Positions 13,439 to 24,650 of a DNA stretch of 64,000 nucleotides are shown in pieces (position 1 is the stretch's first letter; each line of letters begins with the position of its first letter). The stretch lies in contig NC_087246.1 in NCBI RefSeq assembly GCF_037042905.1, forward strand, positions 6,262,001 through 6,326,000, written 5' to 3'. The position numbers and the translations under genes are program-made. This DNA comes from Lytechinus pictus (taxonomy: Eukaryota). The notes below the pieces were generated by a model that saw nothing but the letters and a program-made list of their open reading frames with translations, was not told the origin of the DNA and made no database searches.

Positions 13439-13469
13439 TAAATGTTACCATTATCATCATCCCCCATTT

Positions 13470-13710
13470 TCTGCCTCTCTCTCTCTCTCTCTATCTGCCT
13501 ACCCCCCCCCTCTCTCTCTCTCTCTCTCTTACACACTCCTTTACTTATGATTCTCATCACCTCTATCTGGTTATATCTTCAGATCTTTGTTGTTTTTTCT
13601 TTCTCTATCTTCGTCTCTCAATCGGTCTGTCTCTCTCTCAATGTCTCTCTGTTTGTCGGTGTGTCTGTATCTCCCTTTCCCTTTTCTTTCCTTTCTCTAT
13701 TCCTCTCTTT
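13470..13710. repeat. (CT)n-rich polypyrimidine tract
   Basis: CT dinucleotide arrays; explains ORFs 13423-13728 and 13442-13927. Confidence 0.8.
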
Positions 13711-14610
13711 CCAAACTGCTACCCATAATTCCCCAATTCTGATGAGAATAATCAGAGCCTTATTTGACAGTCTGCCGGGACCTATCCTTACTGTGTTGAC
13801 AGTCCTTGACGGTTTGTTTGCCGTACATGGACATTATTCCCACATCTACGGTGCTTTCTACCATCACTATCAGGATTTCTTTCACTCTCAAATCGGCAAC
13901 TTTACTCACCGAGATAAGTTAATCTAATAAATTGACACAATTTAAGACAAATTAGTTAAGCAATTTTGTTCAAGTGATCTTATTGCCAGACGAAACTTCA
14001 CGAAAATAAAAGAAATGCCAAAAGTTAAGTTAGCATTAAAAAATGGAAATTTAATGCTAGCATATAGGTCCCCGTGGAATACAGGTAATTAACATTACTG
14101 GACCTATTAAAAAATCATAAGAATAACTAGTTACATAGAAGAGTGCATGTGTATCAGGGTATTTGATCGGGAGCAAGATGAGCTAAACATGCTAAAGGTG
14201 ACGTCATTTATTCACCTTAGCTGATATGTCATAATGTTACTATGAAGAGATTTCGTTAATCCATTCGTATATCGAAGTCATAGAATATTTACATAATATC
14301 GTTTTACATATTTTACATCAGGCGTCAAAATGACTCAATCAATAGCTCCTAATAGATAAACCTTTAGTATATTTGTGGCTACACTCTAACCTATATATCG
14401 CAGGATCACGGAATACCTTACTAATCATTAACGTCAAAGCCTTGTATTAAATTTTGGTTTATATGAAGGCCTTTTTTTTTCGAAGTTTGAATTCATTTGT
14501 CACATGAAATGAAAAAGCAGTACATATCAGAAGGGGGGCAGACTTGAATTTCATTTTTGTTTCATTTAGGTTTTATTTCCACAAATCCATAACGTTAACT
14601 TTGAAACAAT

Positions 14611-14897
14611 ACTCTCTAATACAATAGTCTATAATAAAATTGTCTCTAATATTCCCTAATCACTCTCTTCTCGGAGTGAGACGTACTTACTCATTTTCGA
14701 GTGAGATTTACATCTTTCTAGAGTGAATTTTAACTATTTTTTAGAGTGAATGTGTCTAAAAAGATGCACAGGTTACACCAGAAGGAGCTATAATTCACTC
14801 TTTAAGGAAGTACAGTTCACTCCAATTGGATTGGTCCCTACTTACACTCAGAGAGATGTATGATGGACTAGATTAGCTCTTTTGCGGTTAGAGAGTA
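14611..14897. mobile_element. Degenerate TA-flanked MITE relic
   Basis: TACTCTCTAA ... TTAGAGAGTA ends with internal repeated CACTC/GAGTG motifs. Confidence 0.45.
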
Positions 14898-15774
14898 ACA
14901 TAATATTGCTGAAGAGCATTTATATACAGACGATAAAATGAAATCTATATAATCAACGGGCATTAGAAATTAATACTCTACATGAATAAAGTGCATAAAA
15001 CGGAAGAGTAGAGGAAACATTGGAAGGAGAATGCTTTTAGATAAGGTTTCTCTCTTTGTACATAACTTTTTAAAACTCTTTGTAAAAGATTTTTAACAAG
15101 ACGTTTCTCTTTTGGCCCCCACTTCCTTCTTTCCTCTCTTCTTTCATTATATCTTGTTTATTTCTCAGATGATATATACTTTTTTCTTTCCACATCTTGC
15201 CTTACCTCCTTTACATTCAAGGTCTACCGCCCCCTTTCTCCTACTACGTCTGTGAAACATCTGTTGATTCTGTATTCATGCATTTGTAATAATCGAATCT
15301 CCGACCCCGTTCTCTCTATCTCTCTCTCTCTCCCCTCTCCTTCTCCCCCCTCCTTTTCCTTTCCCTTTCTTCTTTTTAACTAGTCCCTTCCTTTGCCCTC
15401 TGTTTCTTGAATTTTCCTGTTAAACTCGCTTGTATGTTGCTATTTTTTTTTAACTTTACATAATCAATTTCCATCTCTACTCCTATTTTTTTTCTACTGC
15501 TGTTGTTAGAGGGTAAGGGGATGACACTCTACTGTGTGAAATAGAAAATGGCACATCCCTCGATCACTGTCGATTTATCTGGTTTTGACAAATGTTATCT
15601 CTCGTCAACGAGCGATCATGAAGCCTGATTGGTGGTAAACATTCTCTCCAATCTCCTTCGGAATGACGACAGTCGTTCATTATGAGAACCAGGCTAAAAT
15701 CAACATGTACGCCAAAACGGAGCGCCAAGGGAGGCAATATCAATTATTTATTAACGCAAGATCGACGAGGTGTC

Positions 15775-16046
15775 TGACGAATCACTTTACAATGCCTCAC
15801 ACAGTGACGGTCACTCAACTTTATACGATGATTGACGCAATGACTAATACTTCACTTTACAATGGTCAACACAATGACTGACGCTTTACTTTACAGTTAC
15901 TTAAAGGTGTCTCTGACGCCTCATTTAAAAGATTCACAGGATTATGGCGCTTATTAATATGACGCTTCACTGTACATTGGTCGATGACGTGACTGACTGC
16001 TCCACTTTACAATGATTGACGCAATGACCATTGCTTCTCTTTTCAG
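15775..16046 (+). repeat. Degenerate ~35-bp minisatellite
   Basis: CACTTTACAATG-like core recurs at ~15783, 15816, 15853, 15888, 15968, 16003, 16037. Confidence 0.7.
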
Positions 16047-16369
16047 TAAATGGCCAGGGGTCTAACGCCTAATTCATTTCGATTCAGTATACGCAATGTG
16101 GTTTAAAGTACATGTAATAGTTAACTTAAACGATTCAAATCTTGAGTTTTGAATTTTAAAACAGGTACTAAGTAAACATAACGATGGATTAATAACTGCT
16201 TAATAGTTTCTGCAAATAACGCATGTTAGATGATATATTTTTTTATTCACTGAAAATTGTGAAAGCGTTTGTTCTTTGTGTTACCATACTAACATAATGT
16301 TTTATCTATAATGATGTCTGGTGTGATTGTTGTATTGGTGTATCCCGAGCATCATGAAAAGGGAACACA

Positions 16370-16615
16370 TCTCCACTCTCCACCCAGGTGTTAAATGGGT
16401 ACCCGGTAGGATGCGAAAGCCTATGTAGTATGCCTAGCAATTGAGTCTTAGAACTCTTGTTGGAATGCTCCACAGGGAGTGGAGAAGGTGCATACATTGT
16501 ATGCGGGCATGCAAGGATCCGATGACCGGGGTAATAATATATATGTAAAGCGCTTAGAGACGTCGTTCCGATGTGTTAAGCGCTATATAAATGCGGAATA
16601 TTATTATTATTATTA
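16370..16615 (+). mobile_element. 5'-truncated SINE (CORE-like body, L2/CR1-type 3' tail)
   Basis: CTCTCCACCCAGGTGTTAAATGGGTACC core, then AAGCGCTTAGAG...AAGCGCTATATAAATGC stem-loop tail and (TTA)n end. Confidence 0.75.
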
Positions 16616-17000
16616 TCTGTATATATAAGGGAAATTAATAAATATCTCTCTTACTATCCCCCTCTCCCCTATCATTCTCCCACTCGTTATCTCTCCCTTT
16701 TTCTCTCTCGCTCTTTCTTTCTTTCATCTCCTATTTGCCACCCTTTTATACTATCTCCCTCTTTCTATAGCTGCATGGCTGGTTCTAGCCCACTCGCCGT
16801 CCATCTTTTCTTACTGTCTTATCCCTCATCTAACTATAAATGGGCCTCCATTGAGTCTTTAAAATATCAGATTCCCCTCTTCTTAAAAGCAGTTTAGGAA
16901 TTAAAACAAAACGGGTACAATCAAGATTGAAGATATGAAGGGGTAAGGAGAGATACTGCATCAAACCAAAACTTAAATGATAAAGATTTACGCATTGTTA

Positions 17001-17224
17001 CACTTAAAAAAAAAAAGGTTTCCCCAATTTTGGGTAAAATGGGAACATGCATGTTGGTTGGGTAAAAAGATCCCAAATAATTTGTAAATTTTAAGCAATG
17101 TTGCGTTGAAATTTACCCTTAGAAATGCATTTAGCCCAATATGGGGTAAAAAATACCCAGCAAACATGCATGTTCTCTTTCTATACCCAATATTTGGTTA
17201 AATTTAACTAGTGTTTTTAGAGTG
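17001..17224. mobile_element. CAC...GTG palindromic MITE with TA duplication
   Basis: TA-CACTTAAAAA ... TTTTTAGAGTG-TA; inner inverted repeat GGGAACATGCATGTTGGTTGGGTA / TACCCAGCAAACATGCATGTTC; relics at ~18015 and ~42820. Confidence 0.75.
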
Positions 17225-17859
17225 TACTGTGGTAAAAATAGTGTAAAGTTATAGAGAGGATACAGTTTGAAGAAAAATAGAACTCTGGCCTAATCAAAAT
17301 GCAAATGACATGTAATCACTTTCAAAACAGGTTCCGTTACCGTGCCAAGTACATTGGTATTGTATTACACTTATTCTTTGATTATAATCAGTGCTATCCA
17401 CTTAACAGCAGAAACAGAATTTCAATTCGGCAAAGTTTAAAAGCTTCAGACATGTCAGAGATGGAGTGAGCGAGAAAACCTACATCAATTTTTGTCTCTT
17501 ATGTGGTTTCACTACTGACGTCAGTAGTTACAGAAGGAAGGAATTCAAAAGGGAGGTTATTGATGATCATGATGATATGAATGCCTTTTAATTATGATTG
17601 TTTGGTATTCTTTCTACCATTCTCTCCATAATACGTAAACTATCATGACTATGTTTATAACATTCGCTGAAAACGGGATTTTATCACATGTTAATGAGTT
17701 TACAAATGAACTTAGTAGAAATTGATGTGCTTTATGAATTCGTATTTGCAGTTTTATAATAGAGAGAGAGGGAGAGATGGAGAAGGGATAGTGGCATGGT
17801 CATGATGGTGGGATACAGAGAGATAGGGGAGTGGGGCAGAGGGGGGGGGTGTACTATGT

Positions 17860-17964
17860 CATGAACCCGGCCACAGAGGACTATCTATTTATTGTTACTG
17901 GGGTGCTGTGTCAATGCTCAGCACCCCAGTATTAATAGAATAATCCTCCGTGGACAGGACCCTG
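17860..17964. mobile_element. 105-bp hAT-type MITE
   Basis: Perfect 8-bp TSD TACTATGT (17852-17859, 17965-17972); termini CATG / CCTG; whole element is a hairpin (TACTGGGGTGCTG / CAGCACCCCAGTA). Confidence 0.85.
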
Positions 17965-18590
17965 TACTATGTATAGAAAAAAAATATTAGAAAAAGGGCT
18001 TTACGAAAATAAACCTTTAAAAAAAAGTTTATTCCATATTGGGTAAATGGGAACATGCATGTTTGCTGGTTGAAATGAAACAAAACACTTTTATGGTGGA
18101 AATCTGAACGAATCGGTTAAGATGTTTATCAATTAAAATTTTTGATTTCCTGATTTAAGTTAATCTCTTCTTTCATTGAAATGATACTGATTTGCAAAGT
18201 AGAGATGCTCTTGATATGTAATATGATACATTATTATATATTACAAAAGACGATTAGTGTACACTCATGATATAATCTTCGATAATATTCCAATCTGTTA
18301 ATTGAAGATTATCACACTATACTATTTGTAAACCATCATTATTCTAAAAACAAACCAGTAAATGAGCTAAATGTCTTACTGAGAAATTAATTGGCATGTT
18401 AACATGCATTTGAATAAAAATAAACGCAGACATAGTAATTTCTATTTCCATGAAGGCATCACTCTGAGTATCACTACTGATAGTGTTTCAAAGAGAAGAA
18501 GGATAATAATGAGAATCACAAAAATTGATATCGCTGACAACAGAAAAACTTTTAAACCTTTTTAAAATTTTCCTTAGGAAAAGTGAATAT

Positions 18591-19690
18591 ACTTACCTTG
18601 TAGTAAATTCAACCCGCGTCAGAGTAAAACCATCCCTTTAGTCCATTTACAAAGTTCCACTCATGATATGGTTTATTAATTTTCCTCTTTCCATTGATAT
18701 GTTTCCTCTATCTCTCAGATTTTATGTTTGTTGTTAGTGCCGCTGTCACTTCCATCAACAGAAAAAAAGACTTTCATTAACAATCCGTCCAATCTACATG
18801 AGAGTAAATTTGCAGATCTTTTACAGATTTTACTCCGCGAGAATTCCTTTCGGTTCCAAAACGTTTCCAAAGCCATTTACATCAATCTCGGCTTAGAAAA
18901 TGCCTGAGAATGGGCGAAAACAGTTGAGAATCTGCAAGGCATACACACTCACACACAAAACGGCGCCACCGATGAATTGTACGCGCGTACTTTCTACTTT
19001 GGTAACAACTTTTAAACCTTCTCCAATATTGCACACACAGAGACACACACACATTTCTACAGAACGAGAAAAGTACAAAAATACTGGTTTCATTGGCGTT
19101 GAGAGCGGATGAGAGGGAGAGGAAAAGACAGGATCGAAGTAATCATTGTACCAGCCCGGTGCGGGCGAAAAGCAAGCTCTTGGCGGCGGAAAAGCCCCTA
19201 GGAGTAATTGCCAGCGCGGAGAGGAAATATTTAGTAGATGGGCGTGGACATGGCTATGTTGTCCACGTATTTTTGGAGTTTGACTAGACTGGTGAAGACG
19301 GTATTGGCTGCTCATATGCATGGAAGGAAAATAGGAGGAGAGAGAGATAATGAAAACGCTTCTCGCCCAAAGATGCTTTTCAATGCTACAAGAGCGCCAC
19401 CATCGACTGAACCACTCTCTAGATATCAAGAAAAACATGCATATCTTTGGACAGGTCACTGAATGATGTAAGCAATGAAAGTGGTCAGAATATGATTAAT
19501 TCTTTGTTTCATAACTCCTGCTTTGTCGAGTTACGAAAACCATCCTGGCCAATGGAAATACAAAAGGTCAAAGTTGGCGATGTAAATTCCCTTTTGGCAA
19601 ATGATTTGCCTGGATGATGGCCAATCAGCTTTTCTCGGATGTTGTGCAAGAATAATTGCTAATCCTATTCCGCCCCCCCCCCTTTAGAAA
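18591..19690 (-). promoter_or_regulatory. Putative Pol II promoter and non-coding first exon
   Basis: Repeat-free, CpG-enriched island; CCAAT boxes (~19549, ~19621), GC box CCGCCC (~19670), TTTAAAA on minus at ~19010, and minus-strand donor CAAG|GTAAGT at 18597/18596. Confidence 0.4.
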
Positions 19691-20777
19691 TAATTTACAG
19701 CATCATTTAATGTATCAAAATGTATTGGAGAACAAAGAAATGAAATCATACATTTTTGCGACGTAATTGAATGCTAGGAGAGCTGTATTATTCAAAGTTA
19801 AATGAAAGTTTTTTTATTGTTATCTTTTAATAATGGATTCATTAACAACTTTACTTTGAATAAAATATATTGAAGTGAATCAGTCTGAATTTATCAATAT
19901 CATTCTACCTGAAAGTCGATTTATAGAAGACTGCCAGTTTACGATTCCAAAAGGCAATAATAATGTTGAAAGGCGAATCATTTATGATTGGGGTTGAGTC
20001 ATGACAAATATAACGACCAAAAATTATCCTTGATCAGTGTTCCAGCGCATTGGTAAATCAACTTAAGAGACTAGAATATGTATATATATATTTGCAACTT
20101 GACGATGTGTTCTCTGATACAAAAGTTTACCCAGAAACTGGTCGACCTTTCAAGGAAAGCAAATTATTGTTGATTTATTAACTACAATCATTTTGCTGCA
20201 CCTGCTCACTTTAAACTTATTATACCATCTTCATTCTCGTTTTTTTTTCACTTGCAGCTAATTTCTATATCTAATTTCTTTACTTTTGTTAAAATCACTT
20301 AAAATGAAAGAAGATTTATCTCGACTTTAATTAATCTCCATATTTTCAAAACCAGTTCTTCTTGTTATCATTGGATTTCTTAAGAACTATTTTAGGCAGC
20401 AAAAAAACACTAGTTTTTCAATGAATTTGAAAGACAGTTGTTTGTGAATAATGTACGGATGTATATTACTTGAAAGCTTGAGATTATTTGTGCGCGCAAG
20501 CATGGATGTGTTTAATGTGTGAGTGTTAAAAGGATCCACCATTCCCTATACAAATGTAGAAGTAAAACAATTAATCCATAATTTTCAAACAAAAAAATAG
20601 TCTAGGACATTTATCCAAAGGAAAAAGAAAATTGTAATCACCACCACTAGGCTTTCTCATCAGACTAACTACGGACCTTCAAAACTATACGGCTTCCTAA
20701 AGGACACACGTACAATAATATGTTATAAATGAAAAAACGGTTGCTATGGTAATAAAGCCGACTTTTAGGTACAAGAT

Positions 20778-20852
20778 TTATATATATATATATATATTTT
20801 AAGCAAATGTCCAATGTCATTTCATAGGTCATTTCATCATAATTAATAAGTC

Positions 20853-20887
<35 letters not shown>

Positions 20888-21000
20888 ATATATGATATAT
20901 ATATATATATATATATACGACAAAGCTCTTCCTGTGAAGGACATCGAGCACTCTATACAAGGATAGAATTCCCGAAGTATATATATATATACATATATAT
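20778..21000. repeat. (TA)n microsatellites
   Basis: TA arrays at ~20779-20797, ~20854-20916 and ~20978-21000. Confidence 0.85.
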
Positions 21001-21034
21001 AACACAAAATCATATGCTATAGCGTTGTGTGTTA

Positions 21035-21225
21035 GCGTGCCTCACCACTGTATTCAGTGCAGGTGTGAATGCAGTTGGAAAACACTCCGTCCATCGGAAA
21101 GGACGCAAATGTTGGTCCCGTGTATACGAGAGTCACAACATATGCACGTTAAAAACAATACACTATTTGTCAAAGAGTAGGGTGTTCACCCGGTGTATTG
21201 CGCCTGCCAGTCCCGGCAAAATTCA
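21035..21225 (+). mobile_element. Deu-domain SINE fragment (DeuSINE/SURF1-like)
   Basis: Ordered motifs CCGTCCATCGGA..GACG.AAA..GGTCCCGTG, GCACGTTAAA, CACTATT..AAGAGTAGGGTGTTCACCCGGTG match my recollection of the Deu core; no tRNA head seen. Confidence 0.65.
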
Positions 21226-23406
21226 GGTTTCAAATCAATTTCGACGTTCATATGCCTTAATAATCAATATAATGATTGTGGGCATTAACGGAAAGACAAG
21301 AAAATCTAGTGTGAAATAAAACTAAGGCACAGAACTGAGTTATTCTATCTTAAATGTAAATGGGTAAGTCGAAGATACGACATTGTCATTGGTTTCTTGA
21401 TACAGAAAACGGAAGATGATACGAATGTTTTAACTCGCAGTATCTACGTTCGAGAGGCTGAGATAAACATACCGAGATTCTTCCAAACCTAAAGAAAATC
21501 GATCCGAATCAATTTCAGATTCCCGCTTCCAATGAATAGCACACCTGAACTACTGCTGGCAGATGACTTGGAGTAGACCACAGCAGATAATGAACTGGCA
21601 AGGAGGGTATGTGTGTATGTGAGGGTGGGTGTTTGTGAGTGCGTGGGGGTGTTTGTTTATAATTTAACAAAGTATATATGATTTATGTTTGGAGCAACTT
21701 TATTCATTGCATTAAAAGCTATTATCTCGCCCACCATAATTTTATTAAAAGTGTTTTTTTTTCGGCAGATCCGTTTTCATTTTAAACTGACGTTAATGAT
21801 ACAAAATACAGTAAACTGTCCAATATTTCATTGCTCGAAAATCTTTTCTTTTTTTACTTTGCAATTGAAAGAATCATTACTTACTAACTATTGTGAGTCA
21901 CTCACTGCCTTTATTAATCATTGTCCTCCATTCATTTCAAGGCAGTAGCTCGTACCTCTATTCACATCTAAAGCTGTAGTATATTTCCCCCCACAATCTT
22001 TTCAGAATCAACGGTTTTTTTTTATTCCAGACATTACATCAGTTTTGTTGCAGTCAGAAGAAGTATGAACAGACGATAAGTATATACGTCATGGCAACAA
22101 GGCGCCAAACTCGTGTCATTAAAAGAACGGACAGAGTATACCTTCGAAAGAGAAAGTAATGCCGGTCCAAAAAGGAAACACTGCTCTTTCTAACCGTAGG
22201 TTACATCAACAATTTCTGCACTTTGGTAACTGACTCCTAATAATCCACCATTCTTTCCGACTTTCATTTTAATATCCGTCTGTTTAGTGTTTCCGTTTCC
22301 TTGGTTATTATTCACAGTAAGACTATAATTCTCACTCTGCATGTAAAATGATGACAATTAATGACACACCAGACCTGAGCATTACAGTGGTAAAGGTTAA
22401 ATGCCTGTGTATTTCTTTTAGGAGAAAAAGCTAAAATATCTAGTCGTTGCATTCTTTTGATGTATTGCGTTTACCAAACTCTGATTTATTTATTCTGTGG
22501 CGGTCGGATTTCGAGATAGCCCTGCAATGTGCTAATGATTAGACAACGACCAGTATTTACACAAAATGGCTTGGTGAATCATGAATCCAATTCTAAAATA
22601 AATGATAAATTTGAAAATTCATCTCTGGAAAATCGATTCCCTAATACTGAATTGTGTAGTGTTTAAAATTTCAATTACAAAAATACTTGTATTTGTAGTT
22701 GTTTATAGTGTTTTTATAATGGAAACTTTCTGATGTGTAATAGTGAGTACAAACATACTTGCGCATCGTCCTGATAATCTAAACATACTCAAAATGGTGA
22801 GAGTATATTGGGATTCTTCCTTACAAAACAGAGATGAAAACTTTTGCTAATCCTTGCCAGTGAAATGTATGTTTTTTATGAAATGGATGTAAACAAACAC
22901 GAGTTCAGATGCTTCTATAATCTTTACTTTTGTATCATACCCTCTTCATAAAATTTGGAATCGTTGGTCTTTTCAAAACAATCAATTATTATTGCTAATT
23001 TCGAAATGCTGAATCCGATAACATAAAGTGATAGCCACCCTCTTGATGAATAGTAAAATATTATATTGCTTCTTTTATATTTCACGAATCCGGAAGCTTT
23101 ATGCTTCCTATAACCGGTATACAGACTGAAGGAAGGACTTCTGATTTCAATCATTTCATGTCCGATGTTTTCCGGCAATCCGTGCGTCAGGATAGTGTGT
23201 GGGTGAGGACTAAACACAACTAAAAGAAACCTATACCAGATTATTCCAAAATATATTTTTTAACCAGGGACAATTTACCTGTGTAACCCCCAAAAAAGCT
23301 ATATATTATGACAAGGTAGACAGTCGATTTTTTTGCAAAATGGATTTCTTCGTGTCTTAAGAAATATCAGTCATGACGTATGTCACTGGCGTACAGGGGG
23401 CGTGGG

Positions 23407-24650
23407 GTCGAATCGGTGTAAAAATGGCGGAGGTTATAATGGCATTGGTAAAAATGACAGAGGTAATAATGGCAGAGGTAAAAATGGCAAAAGTAAAAAT
23501 GCAGAGGTAATAATAGCAGATGTAAAAATGGCAGAGGTAAAATGGCAGAGGTAAAAATGTCAGAGGAAAAACGGCGGAGGTAAGAATGGCAGATGAAATT
23601 ATGGCAAAGGTACAAATGACCGGTCTTATATCTACATGCAATACAAATGTCATAGTAAATCCCCGGCATGTATATAGATTAAATAAGAAAGGTAATGAGA
23701 AGAGCGTTAAAATTATAATGTTGGAATAATGGGAAAGATTAATATCTTTTAAATCATTGATAACCCTTGGGTTGGTATATCTTATTTTTTTCATCGACTA
23801 ACGGCTTTCTCATGTGAAATCGCTCTTTTCAATATTCACATTTGAAGCACACTTTGGATCCCAAGTATTGTACTTAATTCAATAAAGGGGAAGTTCACCC
23901 TGACATAAAGTTTATTGTAAAAAGAGCAGGAAAAATAATTTGAAAAATATTGGTGAAGGTTTTTGTGGAAATCTATCAAAAATTTGAAACAGTTATTATA
24001 ATTTCATTTTTTAATGGTGACGCCATATGCGAGCAGCTTTCCCATATATCGCGTAATAAAAATAAATAAAATGTCATTTTCTAAAAAAATAAAATAAAAT
24101 GGTTATTATACTGTAAGTATCGCATCATTTCACATCCGCTCCTGAAAGAACACCTTTTTAGCCATCATGAACTATAAAAAAAATTGAAAAGTACACATAC
24201 TATAGTGCATAAAATATGGGACAGCTGCTCGTATATGACGTCAAAGATCAAAAACTTACAATTTTAGTAATTCTCCTTTAGAACATGTCGATAGAATGGT
24301 ATCTAAGAAAGAAACACCCATAAATTTGAATCCCTGATTCGCTACTCATTTCCAAATTCATGCGGTAACTATTACCATAGAAACTAGTTTGGGAACCTGA
24401 CATCTACTTGGACTAGCTGCAATGAGGTATTCCTATAAAAAAAATGAACAATGATTGCTATAATTGCATCATTTACATAATACGATACGTGTCATATCAA
24501 TATCTAATCGGATCCTGTATGTTGTGAAGTTAAATAAAATAAGTTTTATAACAGAATGTTTTCTTATTTGTCTGTTATCAATGATCATACCTTTTTTCCA
24601 TTGTCATTTTTATCCCAGCCATTTTTGCCTCTGCAATTTCGAAATTCGAC
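23407..24650. mobile_element. Foldback-like element with 15-bp tandem subterminal repeats
   Basis: Ends GTCGAAT / ATTCGAC; (AATGGCAGAGGTAAA)-type units at ~23420-23615 and their reverse complement at ~24585-24635. Explains ORFs 23333, 23357, 23367. Confidence 0.65.
23886..24277 (+). mobile_element. Internally deleted Kolobok-type MITE
   Basis: Begins (ATAA)AGGGGAAGTTCACCCTG; internal inverted pair GACGCCATATGCGAGCAGCT / AGCTGCTCGTATATGACGTC; ends AATTCTCCT-TTAG. Confidence 0.6.

Noticed and set aside
18893-19459. 188-aa minus-strand ORF
   Set aside because: No recognisable motif; spans CA repeats and promoter-like sequence, and locally higher GC explains the lack of stops.
23333-23794. Repetitive ORFs and a CRISPR-like periodic array
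   Set aside because: Contiguous 15-bp tandem units with no unique spacers; part of a foldback element.
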